Shown here: positions 37,061 through 52,900 of the stretch, piece after piece
How positions within the stretch are numbered: position 1 is the stretch's first letter
How the letters are laid out: every line of letters begins with the position of its first letter
Assembly (NCBI RefSeq): GCF_001194135.2
Contig: NC_069001.1
Location: forward strand, 16,358,831-16,422,830
Source: Octopus bimaculoides
Taxonomy: Eukaryota
Direction of reading: 5' to 3'
Length of the DNA stretch: 64,000 nt
Program-made: the position numbers and the translations under genes
The notes under the pieces: model-generated
Seen by the model: the letters and a program-made list of their open reading frames with translations, nothing else
What the model was told of the DNA's origin: nothing
Databases searched by the model: none

Positions 37061-39659
37061 GCTATGTCCCACACACACTTAACAAGAAAACTTCTCACAC
37101 ACCCTACCACAACAAATCAAACTACATCGCTTCCCTTCATTTCCTCTTCATGCACTATGTTTACCTCCCACTCCCTAATTCTGTCCTCTTGGCCATCTCA
37201 CTGTATCATTGCTCTCTGCTAGCCCCAGGCCTGTGTGTTCCACCCGCATGTAACAAAAAAACTGTTCACACACCCTACCCCAACAAACTAATCTACATCT
37301 CTTCCTCACATTTCCTCCTTCAAACACTATGCCTGCCTCTTACTCCCCAATCCTGTTCTCAGGGCTCTGTTTCTCTGTATCATTCCTATTTGGTAACCAC
37401 CCCCTGTATATATACCCAGGTTTTTGCCACTCACTTCCGCCCCACTTCACACTCTCTAATCATGTTTCTTTCGCAATATCTTGTCACTTATATTATGACC
37501 TTTGAACTTCAAGGGTATGCCCTGGCACTTGCCACCATCTGTATCTCACTCTTCCTTTACACAACTATCCCATTTATATTCTGATCCCTGTTCTTTTTGA
37601 GTATGACTGGCACTTTGCCACCATCTCTATCCTGCTGTCTCGCACACTCTCTCTCCTTCTCCTTCACTTCTCTCAGGTTGGGTAACCATGTATCTCCTTT
37701 GTGGCAGCACACCTGTTTCTGTCTTCATTTCTGATCTCTCTCTCGCTCTCTCTCTCCAGCTGGGTAACCTTCTAACTCTTCTACAACAAGACATCTGTTT
37801 CTGTCTCTTTGTCTCATTATAATCTTTCATCTGACACAAGATCGCCTCCTCCCCTCTCAAAAGATTTTTTTGTCTTGCAAGGTACTTAAAAAGCATCCAG
37901 TTCACACTATAAAGTGGTTGGCATTTGGAAGGGCATCCAGGTGTAAAAACCTTGCCAAAACTGACCTTGCCTGTGCTTGTGCCACATAAAAAGCACTGAA
38001 TCCACTCTGCTGAGTGGTTGGTGTTAGGAAGGGCATCCAGCTGTAAAAATCTTGCCAAAACAGTTACAAAAGTCTGGTGCAGGCTTCTGTCAAACTGTTC
38101 CACCCATGCCAGTATGGAAGGCAGACATTAATCGATGATGATGATGATTATAATATATATATATATATATATATTTATTTATCAATATATATCATCATTA
38201 TCATCATCATTTAGTGTCCATTATTCATGCTGGCATGAGTTGGATGGTTTGACCAGGGCATGGTTTCTATGCCTGGATGGCCTTCCTAATGCCAACCAAT
38301 CCTTGAGTGTAATGGGTGCCAGTTGCATGACACCAGTATCTGCCACAACTATGATTTCACTTTGTTTGATGGGTCTTCTTCTCAAGCACAGCATATTGCC
38401 AAAGGTCTTGGTCATTAGTTATTGCCTCCGTGAGGTCCAAAGCTCAAATAGTTATGCAAGGCATGGCTGCATGGAAAGAAGTTTGCTACCCAACCATATG
38501 GTTCTGGGTTCAGTCCCACTGCTGTGTTGCACCTTAAGCAAGTCTTTTCTACTATAGTCCCAGGCCAACCAAAGCCTTGTGAGTAGATTTGGTAGATGGA
38601 AACTGAAAGAACTCATCATATGTTTGTGTGTGTGTGTGTGGGGGGGGGGGGTATGTATGTATATATGTATGTGTGTATATAAAAATAGGCATTTATATAT
38701 ATCTGTGTGTATGTGCATCTTTGTGTTTATCACCCATCATCACTTGACAACCAGTGTTGGTTTGTTTACTTCCCTGTAGCTTAACAGTCTGTTGTAAGAG
38801 ACTGATAGAATAAGTAACAAGCTCTAAAAAAAGAAAAGTACTGAGATTGAATTGTTCAACTAAATTAAACCTTCAGGGTGGGGCTGTGATATGGACACAG
38901 TCCACTGACTGAAACATGTAAAAGATAAAAGAGATGTGTGTTTGTGTATGTGTGTGTGTGTGCATGTATGTGTACATATATACAAAATACAGGAGTTTCA
39001 GTCAATTATGATTTTATTCACCATATTCCTCTCTCAGATTCACAAACTCATTGCAGCAGTCCTGCAGTTTCTCAACGTAAAAGAACTTAAAGCCAGGAAC
39101 TTTTCAGCACCCCCTCGTATGTATGACCCATCCTCAACAACAGAAGCGTTAAGGCCATGTCCCCTGGTGAAAGAGGATTGTCCTACAAGAGTCCTGTGTT
39201 GATGCCATGTAAAAAACATTTGTGCTGGTGCCATGCAATTAGCACTTGTGCCAGTGCCACATAACTGCACTCATGCCCATGCCACATTAAGAGTACCTAG
39301 TACACACTTTGAAGTGGTTGGCATTAGGAAGGGTATTTAGCAGTAGAGACCAAACAAGATGAAACTGGATCCTGGTGCAGCTTGTCAGCCCTGGTCAAAC
39401 CATCCAACCCATGCCAGCATGGCAAAACGGATGTTAAAGGACGATGATGATGATGATGATGAATACACACACCTATATAATCATAAACATATACGTGGGT
39501 GTGTATGTGTATGTGAGTGTGTGTGTGTGAGAGAGAGAGAGAGAGTGTACGTGTGTATTTTTAGAAACTGGGGTGTGACAGAGAGTGTGAAAGAAGAAGT
39601 GTGATTTCTTGAAATTTGTAGCAATGTTACAAAAACATTCAGTTGAAGAATGTGAGTGG

Positions 39660-39726
39660 AAGAAGAGGAAGAATGTGGAGGGAGGGAAGGAGGAGAAGGA
39701 GGAGAAGGAGGAAGAGGAGGAGGAGA

Positions 39727-39757
<31 letters not shown>

Positions 39758-39792
39758 GGACGACGACGACGACGACGACGATGACAACAACA
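39660..39792 (+). repeat. Compound trinucleotide microsatellite (GAG/GAA)n-(GAC)n-(AAC)n
   Basis: Direct reading; source of spurious poly-E/D and poly-S/P ORFs. Confidence 0.9.
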
Positions 39793-40074
39793 ATAGGTTG
39801 TTTTCCGTTTGTGTGGAATGCAGTATAACAAACAAATTTCCTGAAAATTCTATCTTTTTCCAAGAGACAGACTGAGCCAGAAACACTGTTATATTTGTAG
39901 TAAATGGGTGACAAAGAGGTGGGGGGGGGGAATAAAAGTCAAAGAAATTATCAAATCAAAATGGTGGAAGGGTTTTAAAAAATTAAAACAAAAACCAAAA
40001 AAAAAGTGAAAAGAAATAAAGGAAAGGGTAAAAATTTACCCATGTTAATGTTTAAATACATATAACAAATACTA

Positions 40075-40430
40075 TACGAGAGGGTGCTGAAAAGTTCTTG
40101 GCTCTGGATTAAAAAAAAATACAGGAGGTTCAGTTAATTATGATTTTATTCAACATATTCCCATCCCAGATTCACATACTTATTACAGTGGTCCTTCAGT
40201 ATTTCTAAGCCCTATAAAAAGAACTTGAAAGGTTGGGCTTCCAGCCAGGCCTCTGTCGCAGCAATTACTTCCAAATTGGAGTGAAATTTCATTCCTTTGA
40301 GATATTTCTTCAGTTGTGGAAAGAAGTAACAGTCAGAGGATATCCAGAGGTAATGCAGTACGATCGTTTCATGCAACTCCATTTAATTGAACAATGCAAC
40401 CATTACATCAATTTCAATGCAGAGTAATCC
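40075..40430. mobile_element. Mariner-derived MITE; related pieces at ~25480-25665, 31820-31940 and 38985-39120
   Basis: Terminus TACGAGAGGGTGCTGAAAAGTTC..GGCT; shared internal GAATATGTTGAATAAAATCATAATTAAC motif in all copies. Confidence 0.7.
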
Positions 40431-40499
40431 TCAGCTGCACAAAGACATAGAATTTAATTAAATTAAAACAGATGAACACATTAGTATTATTATACCTAA

Positions 40500-41160
40500 A
40501 ATCTCTAAGAAGTTAAGGAGTTAGACAAAGAACAGTTGAAGGAATCCGGGGTAGAGGTAGACCCAAGAAGACATGAGATGAAGTGGTCAAGCATGACCTT
40601 TGAACGTTGGGCCTCACAGAGGCAATAAAGAAAGACTGAGACCTCTGGAGATATGCTGTGGCTGCGAAGACCCGGAAAATAAAGTGAGTTCATGGCTGTA
40701 TCCTACACCAGTTTCGCATAACCAGCCGCAGCCCATTCAAAAGTACCTTGGATCGTAGGGCAACTTGCTGTGCGACCTATTGAGTCAAGTACATCAACAT
40801 CAAAATGAAAATCAAATGGAAATTGTAGTTGTAATACCCATGCCAGTGGCACGTAAAAAACACCATCCGAATGTGGCCGATGCCAGCGCTGCCTTGACTG
40901 GCTTCCGTGCTGGTAGCACGTAAAAAACACCAACTGATCTTGGATGTTGCCAGCCTTCTCTGGCCCCTGTGCCAGTGGCACGTAAAAAGCACCCACTGTA
41001 TTCATGGAGTGATTGGTGTTAGGAAGGGCATCCAGCTGTAAAAACACTGTCAGATCAGACTGGATCCTGGTGTAGTCTCCTGGCTTCCCAGACCCCGATC
41101 GAACCATCCAACCCATGCTAGCATGGAAAACGGACGTTAAACGATGATGGTGATGATGAG
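40500..41160 (+). mobile_element. 5'-truncated RTE copy: ORF end plus 3'UTR and (GAT)n tail
   Basis: TVEGIRGRGRPKKT..VVKHDL..LGLTEA, then 3'UTR ending TTAGGAAGGGCATCCAGCTGTA...CATGCTAGCATGGAAAACGGACGTTAAACGATGATG. Confidence 0.8.
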
Positions 41161-44100
41161 TACTAGTCTTCAGTTATCTGAAACAGTTGTAAACTGCGTG
41201 ACAAAGATTGTTCTTATAGCCAACTTTAGATCTGTTAGAAATAGTAACTATATCTCCTACAATCTCACGTTAACATCTTTTAAAAGGACACTCAAACAGC
41301 TCCCATAGCTTAGAGTTGATTTGAGACTAAACACTAACAACAACTCAACGAAGGAAGGTTGTCAGTGTAATCTTAGTCTTCTGTTATATTTTCATTCATA
41401 TTTTGGAATAAAAATTGATGCTTCTTTACCTTTTGAATGTAAAAGTAGTTACCTTGTCAAAAGCAAGTGTTTTCCAGGTGAAAAAAACGAAGGTGTTCTT
41501 GGAAGGAGTCTTTTTATGAGTAATTTTAATTTTAATGTTTGCCATCTAATATGTCAAACAATACATGAGACTTGATGTACAGGAGATTGTTTTATAAGAC
41601 GTGATGACTGACAAGGAATTTTTTTCATTCGATAAAAATGACAATTTCTTGTGACAAACTCTGTTGAATATCTACTTGCGTGATAGAGTTTTTCTTTGAG
41701 CTTTGTAGTTTCATTACAACCAGAACGAAGTGAAATGTTATGAAAAGGCCATAACTTTGTTGTAAAATTTTCTTCTGCAGTTGCTATTAATCATTGGCAA
41801 CCAAATATACTTGATTGGTCAACGATTATGTCCCGTTGACCTTAATTAGAAATGTAATTAAAATATATTAATGTAATTAAAATATATAGAGAATCTAATT
41901 TCAATAATGACAATGACACATTGGTTGTTTCATAGCCATGGTTCTCAAACTGACAAATACTAAGACATCCACAACAATATTACTGAGATCTTTTGCCCCC
42001 CCCCCTTTTAATAAAAGAGATCATAAAATAGACTTCAGATTCATACAATTCTTTATTTTACGGGACAATTTAAAAAACCATTATGACTTTTTTTAAACAT
42101 GGCAATTTGTCTGCCTCTTACTTCAGTTCCCGTAGCGCCTCCACCACACTTAAGACAGGTACGTTATTTTATAGGCCCCGGAAGGATGAAAGATGTTGGC
42201 GGGGTTTGAACTCTGAGCATAAAAAAAAAGTGCCATCGTAATTACATGCAGCAAGGGTAGTGAGACATCCTGTAAATATAGCAGCCCTAACACCTAGAAA
42301 AGTGGGGATGACAAATTGGAGAATATAGCCCTAGACACGAAATGTCCCAGTAAAGTGGCGTGATGGTCATGGGTGGGATTCTTTTGATTATAAGACAGGC
42401 CTGGGGTTAAATAACCTCCATCGAAGACTGTTACATCGGATTCACTTGGTCCCTAATTCAAACATTTCCCCGCTAATTCTCCCCACCCGGGGCCTTCTTT
42501 TAAAATGTGATTGGGTCTAGTGGGATAAAAACAGCAGTTTTTTTGGTTTTGCCGCCAGAATCTGATGAAAACATGAAGAAAGATGCTAGGTTTGTCTGAG
42601 TGTATTCTGTAATAGGTCGATATTAAACACATCCTCACAATTATTGATCAGTTGTGCTAATATTATTATTATTATAAGCTATTATCATCATCATCCTCTA
42701 CAAAAGTGTAGAGACATGCTGACAGCTGGAAATGTTGATAGTAAAAAGAGAAAAAAGTGGAACAAGATAAGGAATAAAGGAGGAGCAGGAAGGTAAGACG
42801 GCGGTGGACGGAAAGCAAATGGAAAGAAACTGAGAAATAATTTCGTTTTCATTTTTTAGCAGAAACTTCTGGATTAGTTGGCCTTTAATCATAGGTTTGC
42901 TGGGATGTGTGTGTGTTTGTGTTTGTGTGAGTGAATGAGAGAAAGAGAGATAGATAGATAGAGATGTGTGTGTATCGTGTAAGGGGGAGAGAATGAAATG
43001 TATATTAGTAATGAGAGAGGAAAAGAAAGGAGAAAAGGTAATAGAGATAGATTGAAGAGACAGTAGTAAATCCATAGACTGATAGAGAGAATCAGAGGAA
43101 GTAGAAAAAGTGTTGGAAGAAGGAAGGGAAAACACAGAAAGGGAGAGATTTTCACCTGAGAAAGAAAGAAAGAGGAGGAAGAAAGAAACAGAGAAGGCAG
43201 GAAGGGGAGAACGTGTGTGTGTGTGTGTGTGTGAGAAAGAAAGAGTAACAAGGAGGCGGGAGAGAGAAAGAGAGAGCGAGAGAGAAAATTAAACGTTGTG
43301 TTGTAACAGAGTGAAGTTGGCAGCGAAACAGAGTAGGAGTAAAGTGTAGTACTCCAATAGTAATTTAATTGACTTTAACACATTAACAACAACAGTAATA
43401 ACTGCTATATTAATAACAACAACAACGACTGCAATCACAACTACATTAATAATAATAACACAACAATAACAGTCATAATAGCAACTTTTACCACTTGACA
43501 GCCAGGGTGGAGGCGGTGATAGTGGTCTTTTATATATACCCGATTTTGGCCAAGTCTTCTTCCTAATATTGGCAGGTACCCCGTGGATTTATTTCATCAC
43601 AACATATAAACTTATATCAAAACAGCCATCATTAACGGCATCATCATTACAGTATAACCGAGTATATATATATATATATGTCTGCAAGAAGAAATCTGAG
43701 AGGATCAACAGAAACAGGAGATAATTTCCAAAGAAGAAGAATGGTTTTGGTGCCGAAATACTATTCTATCTCTGCTGCCATATTTTGATATATGTAAAAA
43801 AAAAAAAAAACCCAAACAAACAAGGATTTATTCTGGGGAAACAAAAAACAAAATCTACCACCTAAACACAAAATTGTATATATATATATATATATATACA
43901 CACACATTCATAATATATATTGTTTATGTAATATAGTTCTGTGTTTAGAACTTACACCTTATATATACACATGTATGTAAATTTGTCTATGTAATATCTA
44001 TCTATCTATCTACACTAACATATCTGTCTGTCTATCTATCTATCTACACTAACATATCTGTGGATCGGTCTATATAACATAAAGACACGTATTGTATATT

Positions 44101-44336
44101 TGTGTATATATGATTCAGTGTATATAAATACATATTGTAAATTCTATAACATATATACACACGTTTGTAAATATGTTCATATGAAATATTTACAATCATG
44201 TATGTAGACTTGTATATTATATAATACACAGTATAAATGTACAGATATGTAAATTTATCTCATACACACACATTTATGTAAATTTGTCAACATACAGCAT
44301 GCATATACAATATATATATACTGGTGATTTCTGAAA

Positions 44337-44377
<41 letters not shown>

Positions 44378-44876
44378 ATATATAAAAAAAATTAAACAGC
44401 AAAAAAAAAAAAAGACCCATGAAGAAGCTAATTTCTTGCAAAATGATGGATAACCTGGGATAAAGAGATAATTACCAATTCGAAGAATTATATAAGCTAA
44501 AGGATTCTTATTTTATTTAACAAAAGACTGGATTTATGAAGGACAAATTACCAAAACAAGACTTAATCACTATTGTTGCTATTTACTGCTGCAATTAACG
44601 CCACTACAATTATTATTATATTCCGACTGTGGTAGTGGTTTATATAAACAAGGAAAGTGTGTATATATATATTATATATACAATAAAACGTTGACCACTG
44701 TGGAAAGACAACAGCATTAACAGCAAGAACAGGCCGTGTATGAGTGCATAGAATAGTCGAGATAAAAAGAGTATAGAAGGGACATTATATATATATTTAT
44801 TATAAATAGACAATTGGTGATTATGTGTGATTATAGATGTGTAGAGAGAGAGTGTGTCATGTAGTGTGAGTGAAGG

Positions 44877-44924
<48 letters not shown>

Positions 44925-45289
44925 GGTACAAATAGACTTCTAGTGACGCGACAGAAATATATAGAGAGGGGGAGCAGTAAGATATATACATATATAAAGA
45001 GAGGAGGAGTGAGAGGATAAGCGTAATAAAAAAAAGAAATTGATAGACAGAAAAGCAGGCGCAACAAGACATTAAGTGACAGAGGTTAGGGTGGAGTGAA
45101 AGGAAGAGGCAGACTAGTGGACAAAGATAGATAGAGAGGACTAATGAGGTTTAATTAAACCAGTAGATAGAGATAAAAATAGAGAGAGAGGGAGGGAAGA
45201 GTCACTGCTAAAGGAGTGCAAGAGTGTTAGCGAGAGGAAGAGTTAGGACAGTCGATAGACAGGGAGAGTTTTAAGTGAGAGAGAGGCAA

Positions 45290-45875
<586 letters not shown>

Positions 45876-47251
45876 TAATTTAATTGATTATTTATTTAAT
45901 TATTTTCCCATCTTTTTACCTGTTTACTTACTTTGTCTATCTATCCATCCATCCGTGTATCCATATATCTTCATAGCTACATATCAGTTTATTTAAGCAT
46001 CTATACACAGACCCCTCTATTTACCCATTTATCTCTCTATGTATGTCTGTATTCATCTATATCTTTCTATTTACGTATCCATTTGTCTTTCTACCCTTCT
46101 GTCTACCCCTGTAGCTTCCAATCTGCTTTTATTTTGTTATTCGGACGTTTATTAAATAATATTTTTTTCCCTACAACCACACTTTTTCGACCCCATTGTT
46201 CCCCCTTACAGCTTCTCTGTCCACTGATATACGATTCTTTCCACAGATTTCATAAATCCCTTCTTTGACACCCCCCACTCTATAGTTATAAACCATGTCA
46301 CAGCTATTTCAATCCTACCCTTTTCTCACTTATATTTAACCTCCCCACTTTAAATGTCCCTCTCTGTGAAACTCCCCACCTTTCTATCCGACATCATCTC
46401 CACCTGTAATTATAAATTTGTCTCTCTATAAACGTCCAGCCTTCATTAAACTTTGATTTCAAATCCTCCACTGTTACTCACCCACCCTTAATTGAACCAT
46501 TATTTACCCTTAATTCGTCAGGGTGTGTATGATTACACAGTTTTCTTATGAGACGGTATACACACACACACACACACACACAATGATAAAGTTATACATT
46601 GTCTTTCATCATATCAGTTATATTAATGGTTTCAAATTTTGACACAAAGCAAGCAATTTCGGGGCAGTGGGTAAGTTGATTACAACGATCCCCAGTATTC
46701 AACGGGTACTTATTTCGTCGATCTCCAAGAAATTTGAACTCGGAACGAAATAATAATAATAATAATAGAGTATGTTGTGTGTTAGGGTGTATAACTATGC
46801 GTAGGTATATATATATATATATATATATACATATATATTTATACACACACATAGTATATACTCTCGCATACATCTAAATACATGTGTGTTTATAATTGTA
46901 GGTATATATGTCTTATATTATACATGTATATATTCGGGTGTGTATGTGTGTATGTATACACACGCTCGTACACAAATTAAATAGTGGACGTAGTGTAGTT
47001 GTTTACATGTCCAATGTCTGATCAAAGATGTTGGTATTTAAAGCCGACCATTTTGAAACTTTGGGTACAATGGTTTAACAAAGTTGTTCAGAAATATCTT
47101 AACTCTGTAAACACTTTTAAGTGGGGCTTTTAACTTGGACAATGTAACACACACACATATATAGCAAGAGGCGAATGTATTTGATTCATTCCTTCGTTGA
47201 TTTCTCTTTTTTTTTTAAACAAATTGATTATAGCCCTAAATAATTACTAGT

Positions 47252-47326
<75 letters not shown>

Positions 47327-48181
47327 ATCTATCTATCTATATATGCGCGCGGGTTGTATGTATTACACACGTGTTATATAGTTAACTTCATATATAGTGG
47401 ATGGATATATATATTCGAAATGTACAGTCGGTAAGACCCAGATATGCTCAGTGTAAAAAAAAAAAATGTTGTAGAACTCAAATGAATTTGAACTTAAACC
47501 CCGAATTCTTCATCCAGGGCAAGGCCCACAGTATCATTGCTCTAACGTTATTATATATATATATATTGGGTAGATATATATAATTATCATTATTATATGT
47601 GAATGTCCATACACACACGCATCCATCCATCCATCCACACTCGAGACGAAATAATATGTGTTGGTTGGTTGTCTACGGTTGGCGTCGTCATCTCTATGAA
47701 TGTCCCTGGCCATCAAATCTGTCTTTAGCAACCGTTGGTGGCAGGGACAGACAGACAGACATGTTAGTTCTGCTCACTACATACACACTTTTTGTCACCT
47801 CTCTCTGTCTATATATATATGTGTGTGTGTGTATATATATATATGACTTGAGAGACGTGTGTGTGGCAATGACAGACATGTTGGTTCCTTTCACATCATT
47901 TTCGTCTGCGTATAATATAAATGTATGTATAGAGATACAGCGACGGGGTATATGAGATATATGTAGATGTGTTTTATTGGTAGGATATATATATATATAA
48001 TGTGTGTGTGTGTGCACTGTGTGAAAGAATAAAGTGCAATTTGTTGATATGTGAATCAGTTCCATTGATGTATGGTGTGTGGTCCTTGTTATTGAATGTG
48101 GTGTAATGTGTGTGAAAAAAGCTATGATCGTTAAGAATTGTTTCCACTATCGTAATATGTGTCTGTACATATAAAGCTACC

Positions 48182-48231
<50 letters not shown>

Positions 48232-48351
48232 GTATGTATATATACACACACACACCCTGCTTTGTTCCATTTATGGCTACAGATTTTGGTTGAAGTCTTG
48301 AGATCCATGACGCATGTAAGATGACAAACAACTCACACAGTATTGTACACA

Positions 48352-48429
<78 letters not shown>

Positions 48430-48511
48430 TCTTTATGAAAGCAATATCTAAACCTTATATGTTTGGGTTGCTTTCCTTTCAGAACATTTCTGTCTCGATG
48501 TTACGTGCCTG

Positions 48512-48542
<31 letters not shown>

Positions 48543-50095
48543 ATGTGTATATGAAGTGCTGTTATATAATGTGGTGTATATCCACGATTGATACGACCAC
48601 GTATGTGTGTGTGTGTGTGTGTGTTCGCTGTCTCCCTCCCCCACACAATGTCTATTAATGGTGGACATATATCTGTTAGCAACGTGTTGTCACTGAAATG
48701 ACGTGTTGCAAATATTTCCATCTTAAACATTATCATCGTTATTATTGCTATATTATTATTATCATTATCATCATGGTCGGGTTGCACTTCGGATTTCTTT
48801 CCTCGAAAACATCGTCCTCAGTAGTTTACCTGTTGACATTCTCTTGATCTTATGAGGTGTGTGTGTTGACGCTGCTGTGGCCGGGTGGTTAAGTATTTTG
48901 CTTCGCAATTATGATGTTTCGATTTCATTACCTGGTGATGTTCGAGTGTGTGTCTGTTAAGGTAACTTCGGGTTGGTCCCAAACTTGAGAGTGAAATTGG
49001 GATCACGTAAAGTGCGGAAGCCCACCGTCTGTAACCTGTAATTCAACGGGGCAGCTTTATTACGTAAGCTCAAGTGTCTGTGGAATACTAAGTCACTTAC
49101 ACTGGAATTCACTGAATGAGACAGGCAGTTCACGAAACAACTAGAAAACTCATCTTCGAAACTAGTGGAAATCCATTTACTTCGTGTGTGTGTGTAGATA
49201 TATACACACACGTGTTTACGTATATATATATAGGGTGCGTGTATGCGAGAAGCAAGGGTGATGAGAACCTAGTTTGTACCCGAGTTACATATGTGAAAGC
49301 ATGGGTTCGGACCTGTGGCGAGGTAATTGTTTCTGGTTCAGGATACTTGAGAACGCTTTCGGCTGAGTGCAATGGTTGTAGTAGTCGAGTGGTGCAATAT
49401 CCAGGGGGAAGATTCGTCTCATCGCCGCTCGTATATTTGTGATGATCGAGAATTTCAGTCGTGACCATCTCGTCTTAAGTTTGGTTCCTATTTCTTGCTT
49501 GCCCGAATGATCACGTAGTCCCACGTTGCTTGTTATGTATAACCACCGACTAAGTACAAGTCTCACGTGTTCAAACTTGCGGCAGTCTAGTATTTGTGTC
49601 ATTCTGGGAGCGGGACAAGTCTTAACTACTCTGTTGTCTCCTGTTGCCAACAGGATGTGCTCAAGAAAAAGAAAGTTGCCAAGTGTTTCTAGGCAAACAC
49701 TATTCAACGTTACTTTCCCTGCAGGTGTTTAATGCAACAGCATCCTGCTGCAAATATCTAGCCAAATCACGGGGAGATACCAGGCGTCAGACATACATAA
49801 CTCTGTAGGAGTCACCCTGACATAGCCACACACACACACACACACACACATTTTTATGAATATATTAAACAAATTTAAATACATTAAAGATGAATTATCG
49901 AGATCTCTGATTTGTAGTGTCTTATTCGTAACCTGGTGTTGTGTGTGTGTGTACATCTATGCATGCTCACCACACTTCCGTAGTGTGTGTGTGTGTGTGT
50001 GTGTGTCATCACCATTTAACGTCCGTTGTCCATGCTGGCATGGGTTGGACGCATGTGTGTGTGTGTGTGCAGGCATATTTGTGCGTATATATGCA

Positions 50096-50127
<32 letters not shown>

Positions 50128-50779
50128 GGCATACATGTGTGTAGTTTGTGTATATAGGCATGTGTGTGTACATACATATATATGTATATGCATATGGTTG
50201 TGTAGTGTGCATGCATATGTGTGTATGTATGCATGTGTACACACACACACTCCTATGTAGAGTACAAATCTTTCATGGAAACTCATGCAACATTATCTTA
50301 TCTCACAATCTGATCCAATCAGTACAAATAACTTACAACTTTCAGCTGTCACCTGTGTATGCTTCAAACCATGCAGATCTGTAGCAGGACTGAGTTGTCA
50401 TCTGAGAGGTCATAGATAGAATGTCAGAAATGCCATTGATAATGAGGAAACTCAGAGAGAGAGAGAAAGAGAGTAATCATCTGTGAAGATGGAGCTATCA
50501 CCATATATATACATATAGATATATATATATGAATATTTTTCAGTTATAGTGAAAATGTTATTGTACTAAGTGAACACAATAAAAGCAGGGGGAAAAAATT
50601 AGATTTAGAACAATAATATAATAAGATCTAAATATGTTGAGATAAATCACAGTTGAACATAAAACCAAGCTGCATACTGGAATATGTATAGTATGTATTA
50701 GTGTATGTGTGTACATATAATATATATATATGTGTTTTTGTGTGTGTATATATATATATATACTGGCACTTGTACCCGC

Positions 50780-51095
50780 AGCATGTGTAAGGACTTTCGA
50801 GCGAGATCGTTGCCAGTGCCCCTGGACTGGCTCTTGTGCAGGTGGCACATAAAATACACCATTTTGAGCATGGCCGTTGCCAGTACCGCCTGACTGGCCT
50901 TCGTGCCGGTGGCACGTAAAAGCACCCACTACACTCTCTGAGTGGTTGGCGTTAGGAAGGGCATCCAGCTGTAGAAACTCTGCCAAATCAGATTGGAGCC
51001 TGGTGTAGCCATCTGGTTTCACCAGTCCTCAGTCAAATCGTCCAACCCATGCTAGCATGGAAAGCGGACGTTAAATGACAATGATGATGATGATA
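50780..51095 (+). mobile_element. RTE-3'UTR-derived short repeat; other copies at ~36230-36540, 37870-38150, 39200-39460, 53650-53880, 57760-57990(-), 63190-63280
   Basis: TGGTTGGCGTTAGGAAGGGCATCCAGCTGTAGAAAC...CCATGCTAGCATGGAAAGCGGACGTTAAATGA(TGA)n matches the tail of the RTE copy at 40500-41160. Confidence 0.85.
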
Positions 51096-51898
51096 TACAT
51101 ATGCATATGTGTGTATACATGTTAGTATGTACACACACTTTTATATATAGAATACAACTCTTTCATGGAAACTTATGCAATATTAAAGCAAATTTGGGGA
51201 GGCCTTAAACCACCTGATGGAGAAGTCTCAAAGTCTGTTATCCATTTGTCATTAGCAGTGATGCAAAAATTTGGTATTGTATAAATTGTACTATACAGTG
51301 TATACTATAAGTTGTATATGTGATTGCATTTTTATCATTTAGTCATTCATGAGAAGGCTAGAGATACATGATGCTTCCTTCGTCAACAAAACAGCCATCT
51401 GAATATGTTGCTTTTTTTATATACTGTTACATGACAACTGATGATATCTGGAAATAGTTGAAATATCAACAACAAAAATCTGTTCGATTTTCTTTAAGAC
51501 TGAACAATCTTGATTGAGTCAGTGAAATCATGAACAGAAATAAACCTTTAGTAACTCTTGGAATAACTATTTCACATCTATACTGAAAATATTTCGTTTG
51601 TGCAAAATGTTAAGCAAATGAGCTCAGTAAAAGTGAAACAAATCAGGTTCCAAGGAATCTGTTATATAAAGCACAAAGAATCACTTGGTCAGTGGGTCAA
51701 GCAAGAAGTCGGTCAAATGTATTTGTGTTCTTAATGTTTCCGACTGTTTCTCTCTATCACTAGTTTCTGTGGTCACAGATATATTCTTCATTAAATGGCT
51801 GCAGTCAAGATGAATAACACTTTGTTGTGCCAGGGATCTCTCTCCCCTGTTAAGCTTTGGTAGGTCTTTAGTTTCATGCTGCTAATAACATCAATGTT

Positions 51899-52005
51899 GT
51901 CAAGTGGTCTTTGTCCTCTATCAGGATACAGGATACAGTCGAGTGGTCTTTATCCTCCATTAGAGCACAGTCAAGTGGTTTTTGTCCTCTATTAAAGTGC
52001 AGAGG
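51899..52005 (+). repeat. Three-copy ~33-40-bp tandem repeat
   Basis: GTCAAGTGGTCTTTGTCCTCTAT recurs three times with minor changes. Confidence 0.75.
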
Positions 52006-52149
52006 TTTGACATTCAGTACAATTGTGTAAGCAGTAACCAGTTCATATGACTCTCTTTGCAGTTACCCTGATGATGGGATCAAATGTCCATATACTCCTA
52101 TGAATGCCCAACTGCTACAAACACAATCATGTCCAGGGCTTTATGCTTA

Positions 52150-52900
52150 AACCAGCATTTTTCAAATTCTTCTTCATATAAGAAGTACTGCAGACTGTTA
52201 AAATTCTAGATATGAGTATCTACATCAAATTTCGTCTTTATGGATAGCAATGGAGACTCTCAAAGAGAGAAGCATTCTGATGAGTTGTTGACAGTTTCTC
52301 AGTTATGTCAAAGTTATTTGGCTTCACAATTGACCTTTGAAAGACTTAAAGTGCTTTTGTAGTCTACCTCCAACGAACATAACACTGAAAACAGCTTCAA
52401 GTATCTGAAGAGTCCCATCTACAACAGAAGAGTGCTGGAAAAAGAAATCCTGTTGAAACATCTGCAACATTGGGACGTTGTCTCTTTCAGAAAACTGTAG
52501 GTCTGCAATGTTGTGGCACACTTGTACTTTGTATGAGACAGGGACACTGCATCATAGACAAATGGTTTGAGCAGTTTTTACAACTGCTCCCTATAATCCA
52601 TCTTGTAAATTTGCTGGCAGGGATGTGTCTCTAACCTTATCATCCAAGACAGGGCCATCTCTACTGTATGAAAGTGATCTTCTAGACTCAATCCATTAAT
52701 TTGGAGATACCATGTGATCTGTATCAACAAGTCTTAGGTTGCCATAACAGCTATTCTGCAACAAGTGGGAGCATGACAATCTACCAAGGGTCACTCAAAG
52801 AAGGGGTATAAAACCATCATAGAAACTTGAGAGATTATAGCTGTTGACTGTTAGAAGAGGTATTATGATGCTTCTGAACAGCAACTTTCAAGGTGAATGG
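52150..52900 (+). mobile_element. Old RTE (BovB-like) RT/thumb remnant
   Basis: KLFGFTIDL*KT, FKYLKSPIYNRRVLEKEI, SATLGR and a TLLY-CET-like segment read by eye through frameshifts. Confidence 0.55.

Noticed and set aside
39473-39914. Poly-E/D, poly-S and poly-P ORFs
   Set aside because: All derive from one compound trinucleotide microsatellite; no splice context or domain.
49116-49732. Several 100-140-aa ORFs in a CpG-rich, non-repetitive-looking stretch
   Set aside because: No recognisable motifs and ORFs occur on both strands; may be an unclassified repeat, but I cannot support a call.
47961-50300. Many YIYI/VCVC/THTH ORFs
   Set aside because: Translations of (TA)n and (CA)n microsatellites.
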